Source: Lingula anatina (lineage: Eukaryota; Animalia; Brachiopoda). Taken from it: 64,000 bases of DNA. The notes under the pieces are model-generated. The model was given only the letters and a program-made list of their open reading frames with translations. It was not told the origin of the DNA and did not search any database. Each line of letters starts with the position of its first letter. The stretch's first letter is position 1. The stretch is from assembly GCA_051362555.1 (NCBI GenBank), contig CM120640.1, forward strand, positions 62,412,788-62,476,787, read 5' to 3'. The translations under genes and the position numbers were made by a program. Below are positions 63,001-64,000 of the stretch, piece by piece.

Positions 63001-63331
63001 GAGAGGCAGAGAGACTATTAAAAGATTAGGCGGTTTTTCTTTCATGTACGTCTGCCATATTTAGTCCCCAGGATTTGTAAAGCCTGGCTCAACTCGTTGT
63101 GAATGCGATTTAAGTTTTTTCCTAACTTGAGTGGATTATCACGTGACACATGTATATTTTTCCACACTTATTGTTGACCTTTGTGGGTCAATGTCTGAAC
63201 TAGAAATATCATCTTAGAAAGTTGTTTTCCAGACATTTGAGATAGATTTGGAGGGCTCTCACACATTGCGAATCATGTGCTACAGACAGGTAGATCAAGA
63301 GGATGAGCTACTGGGCAAGAGTGCATTGGAA
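40581..63331 (+). CDS. BCR: BCR/ABR-like RhoGEF(-RhoGAP) protein, 3'-partial (16 exons, ~1077 aa: oligomerisation coil, Tyr-rich linker, DH, PH, C2; RhoGAP expected beyond the window)
   Basis: Exons 40581-42021, 48550-48818, 50660-50773, 51154-51339, 51665-51772, 58563-58658, 58970-59214, 59534-59607, 59811-59920, 60869-60940, 61133-61271, 61651-61712, 61983-62025, 62157-62231, 62578-62675, 63233-63331 join in frame. Motifs F..EW...FPD.E.PK, RKWVVTGILDSETEY, LLFKPVNRLQRNTLVLHDL, YTFLMSSDYERDEW, MEVDTFGHF...EPEWNQTFEIDLEGSHTLRI resemble BCR/ABR. Confidence 0.92.
44095..44325. mobile_element. Hairpin MITE, PIF/Harbinger (Tourist)-like
   Basis: ~67-bp arms GGCTTCGTTCACATGGAAAGTC...ATCTTATGATCAC / GTGATCATAAGAT...CATGTGAACGGAGTC; TAA on both flanks. 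Confidence 0.85.
48105..48240 (+). mobile_element. Truncated HINE copy related to the element at 57618-57801
   Basis: shares TTACCTCYGCCAA, CATCAACATAACTCMAAAAGTTATGGACC and GTCAGAAGTGGGCCAA. Confidence 0.75.
48550..48818 (+). CDS. BCR-like exon 2 (LDSDDACLSVDS...RPRASV)
   Basis: ttttcag / GTAAGG; phase 1 to 0. Confidence 0.8.
50660..50773 (+). CDS. BCR-like exon 3, DH start (RIRKWVVTGILDSETEYVECLEVLVQ)
   Basis: DH helix-1 motif. Confidence 0.92.
51154..51339 (+). CDS. BCR-like exon 4, DH (YMKSL...IFQNLPEILKTHQDFV...CVGDIF)
   Basis: IF.N.PEI..H..F motif. Confidence 0.92.
51665..51772 (+). CDS. BCR-like exon 5, DH (YVQNYQKAVSTLNRCCQENVQFGELAK)
   Basis: splice signals and DH motif. Confidence 0.9.
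51841..51903. repeat. (GTC/GCC)n CpG-rich microsatellite of HINE A
   Basis: GTCGTCGCCGTCGCCGTCGTCGC... Confidence 0.9.
51911..53200. repeat. ~161-bp tandem repeat array, ~8 copies (last two diverged)
   Basis: ACYGATAACACGATAAGTGG...CAGGTCAAGTTCGAAAATCAGCATGATCGGG recurs at ~51911, 52073, 52234, 52395, 52557, 52718, 52883, 53048. Confidence 0.95.
55022..56892 (+). mobile_element. Nested Helentron-type HINE, family B
   Basis: 5' TTGTACCACCAACG-TTAG-CGCTGGCGGTACA imperfect palindrome; 3' subTIR CTGGTGGTACAAT, hairpin GGAGGCG-GTAT-CGCCTCT, terminal CTAGT|TT; CpG-rich. Confidence 0.8.
56001..56690. repeat. 146-bp tandem repeat array, ~4.7 copies, inside HINE B
   Basis: TATCTCCAAAACTGGC at 56001, 56147, 56293, 56439; a degenerate fifth copy follows. 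Confidence 0.95.
57618..57801 (+). mobile_element. Small nested HINE, family C
   Basis: 5' TTACCTCTGCCAAGG-AGGTTA; 3' CCTTGGCAGAGGT, hairpin GCACTC-TCG-GAGTGC, terminal CTAGT|TT. Confidence 0.85.
58563..58658 (+). CDS. BCR-like exon 6, DH (SLGDLLFKPVNRLQRNTLVLH)
   Basis: LL.KPV.R motif. Confidence 0.92.
58970..59214 (+). CDS. BCR-like exon 7, DH end / PH start (DLIHCTPPSHSD...RHLMLFNDVLVCAK)
   Basis: TP..H.D and RH..LF.D.L.CAK motifs. Confidence 0.93.
59534..59607 (+). CDS. BCR-like exon 8, PH (FEPKWFIPLSEL)
   Basis: KW.IPL motif. Confidence 0.9.
59811..59920 (+). CDS. BCR-like exon 9
   Basis: AG/GTGAGT, coiled insert in PH, phase consistent. Confidence 0.85.
60708..60831. repeat. ~60-bp tandem duplication upstream of BCR exon 10
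   Basis: CATGAAAGCAAAA...GAGGGGAAAATAATGGCTAAAGAATGTATGTTTAATAA x2. Confidence 0.9.
60869..60940 (+). CDS. BCR-like exon 10 (QVEKLKKKLAEQ)
   Basis: matches the BCR KLKKKL.EQE segment. Confidence 0.88.
61133..61271 (+). CDS. BCR-like exon 11, PH end (TYTFLMSSDYERDEWKEAI)
   Basis: conserved PH C-terminal helix. Confidence 0.92.
61651..61712 (+). CDS. BCR-like exon 12
   Basis: AG/GTAAGA; phase consistent. Confidence 0.8.
61983..62025 (+). CDS. BCR-like exon 13 (43 nt)
   Basis: tgcag/GTATGT; needed for phase continuity. Confidence 0.75.
62157..62231 (+). CDS. BCR-like exon 14, C2 start (SGSLTVTIHRLQGL)
   Basis: C2 strand-1 motif. Confidence 0.88.
62578..62675 (+). CDS. BCR-like exon 15, C2 (FCSMEVDTFGHFYPIAKT...EPEWNQ)
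   Basis: BCR C2 motif. Confidence 0.92.
62809..63110. mobile_element. Near-fully palindromic MITE, PIF/Harbinger-like
   Basis: ~133-bp arms GATCGCATTCACAATGAGTTGAGCC... / ...GGCTCAACTCGTTGTGAATGCGATT with a short loop; TAA on both flanks. Confidence 0.88.
63233..63331 (+). CDS. BCR-like exon 16, C2 (TFEIDLEGSHTLRIMCY...LLGKSALE)
   Basis: BCR C2 motif; GTAAGT donor. Confidence 0.92.
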
Positions 63332-64000
63332 GTAAGTGGACATATCTTTTCATTTTGTGTATGAAGGATACTGTAAGCATTTGCAAAAACTCCTTATTAA
63401 CTTCCTTACATACATTCTTTTGGATAAAAGACAAATCTTCAGTGTCCAGTAAGTAAATTGATAAGCATTTACACTCGTGTCATCTTAGGGGTGACATAAT
63501 AATTGGGATTAGTTCAGATTTTATCGTTGATAAAGCAAAATTAGGCCTGTTTAATGAAAGTCTGTAATAAGGGGTTCATAACTCCATAACAAAAACATTT
63601 AAACAAAAAGGGTGGCACAGGATTGAATCCCATACACTTGTTGTCAACCAATTTCCATGATAAAATTTTGTTCAGGGATGAAGTTACACTCCATACCGAT
63701 TGCTATCTCACCTCAAAATAGAAAAAAAATTGCCTACTCTTATTCAGAGCAACAAGAAATATAAACTCCAATATCTTATATTAGGATTTTTTTATTGTTT
63801 TAAATCAGCACAAAGGTAGATGCCTTATTGAATAATTAGATGCAGGAAAAACCTCATACTGGTATCTGGTTGATAATAGATTCTTACAGTTCCTGTAAAA
63901 CTTTATCAGATGTGTGTGCGCTTATACACACATAACAGTTAATCACATATGATTATTGCTGGATTTTATTCAGTGAATTAACAGTAAGATGATTGTTTGT

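Overview
AT-rich, intron-rich animal genomic DNA, probably an invertebrate such as a mollusc or other lophotrochozoan (inference). I reconstructed three protein-coding genes by hand from splice sites and reading-frame phase. (1) A 5'-truncated ADAMTS7/12-like metalloprotease on the + strand: 23 exons, 4033-30312, with pro-domain end, HELGHNFGMKHD zinc site, disintegrin-like, TSR1, Cys-rich, spacer, 3 TSR, short mucin linker, 3 TSR and PLAC. (2) An unrecognised gene on the - strand with 3 coding exons (37099-34429, ~484 aa). It has five repeated AxxxLLxL helices resembling Sin3-interaction domains, two [D/E]HxY HCF-1-binding-like motifs, a CxCGCG motif and a likely NLS, making it a candidate novel corepressor scaffold. 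(3) A 3'-truncated BCR/ABR-like RhoGEF on the + strand (40581-63331, 16 exons: oligomerisation coil, Tyr-motif region, DH, PH, C2) with a probable GC-AG first intron. Non-coding DNA contains a ~6.6 kb Helentron-type (HINE/DINE-like) element that fills BCR intron 5 and carries two further nested HINEs and two satellite arrays (~161 bp and 146 bp). There are also several MITEs (6-bp-TSD, TTAA-TSD and TAA-TSD hairpin types), a 37-bp minisatellite with higher-order periodicity, and microsatellites. No RNA genes or CRISPR arrays were seen.
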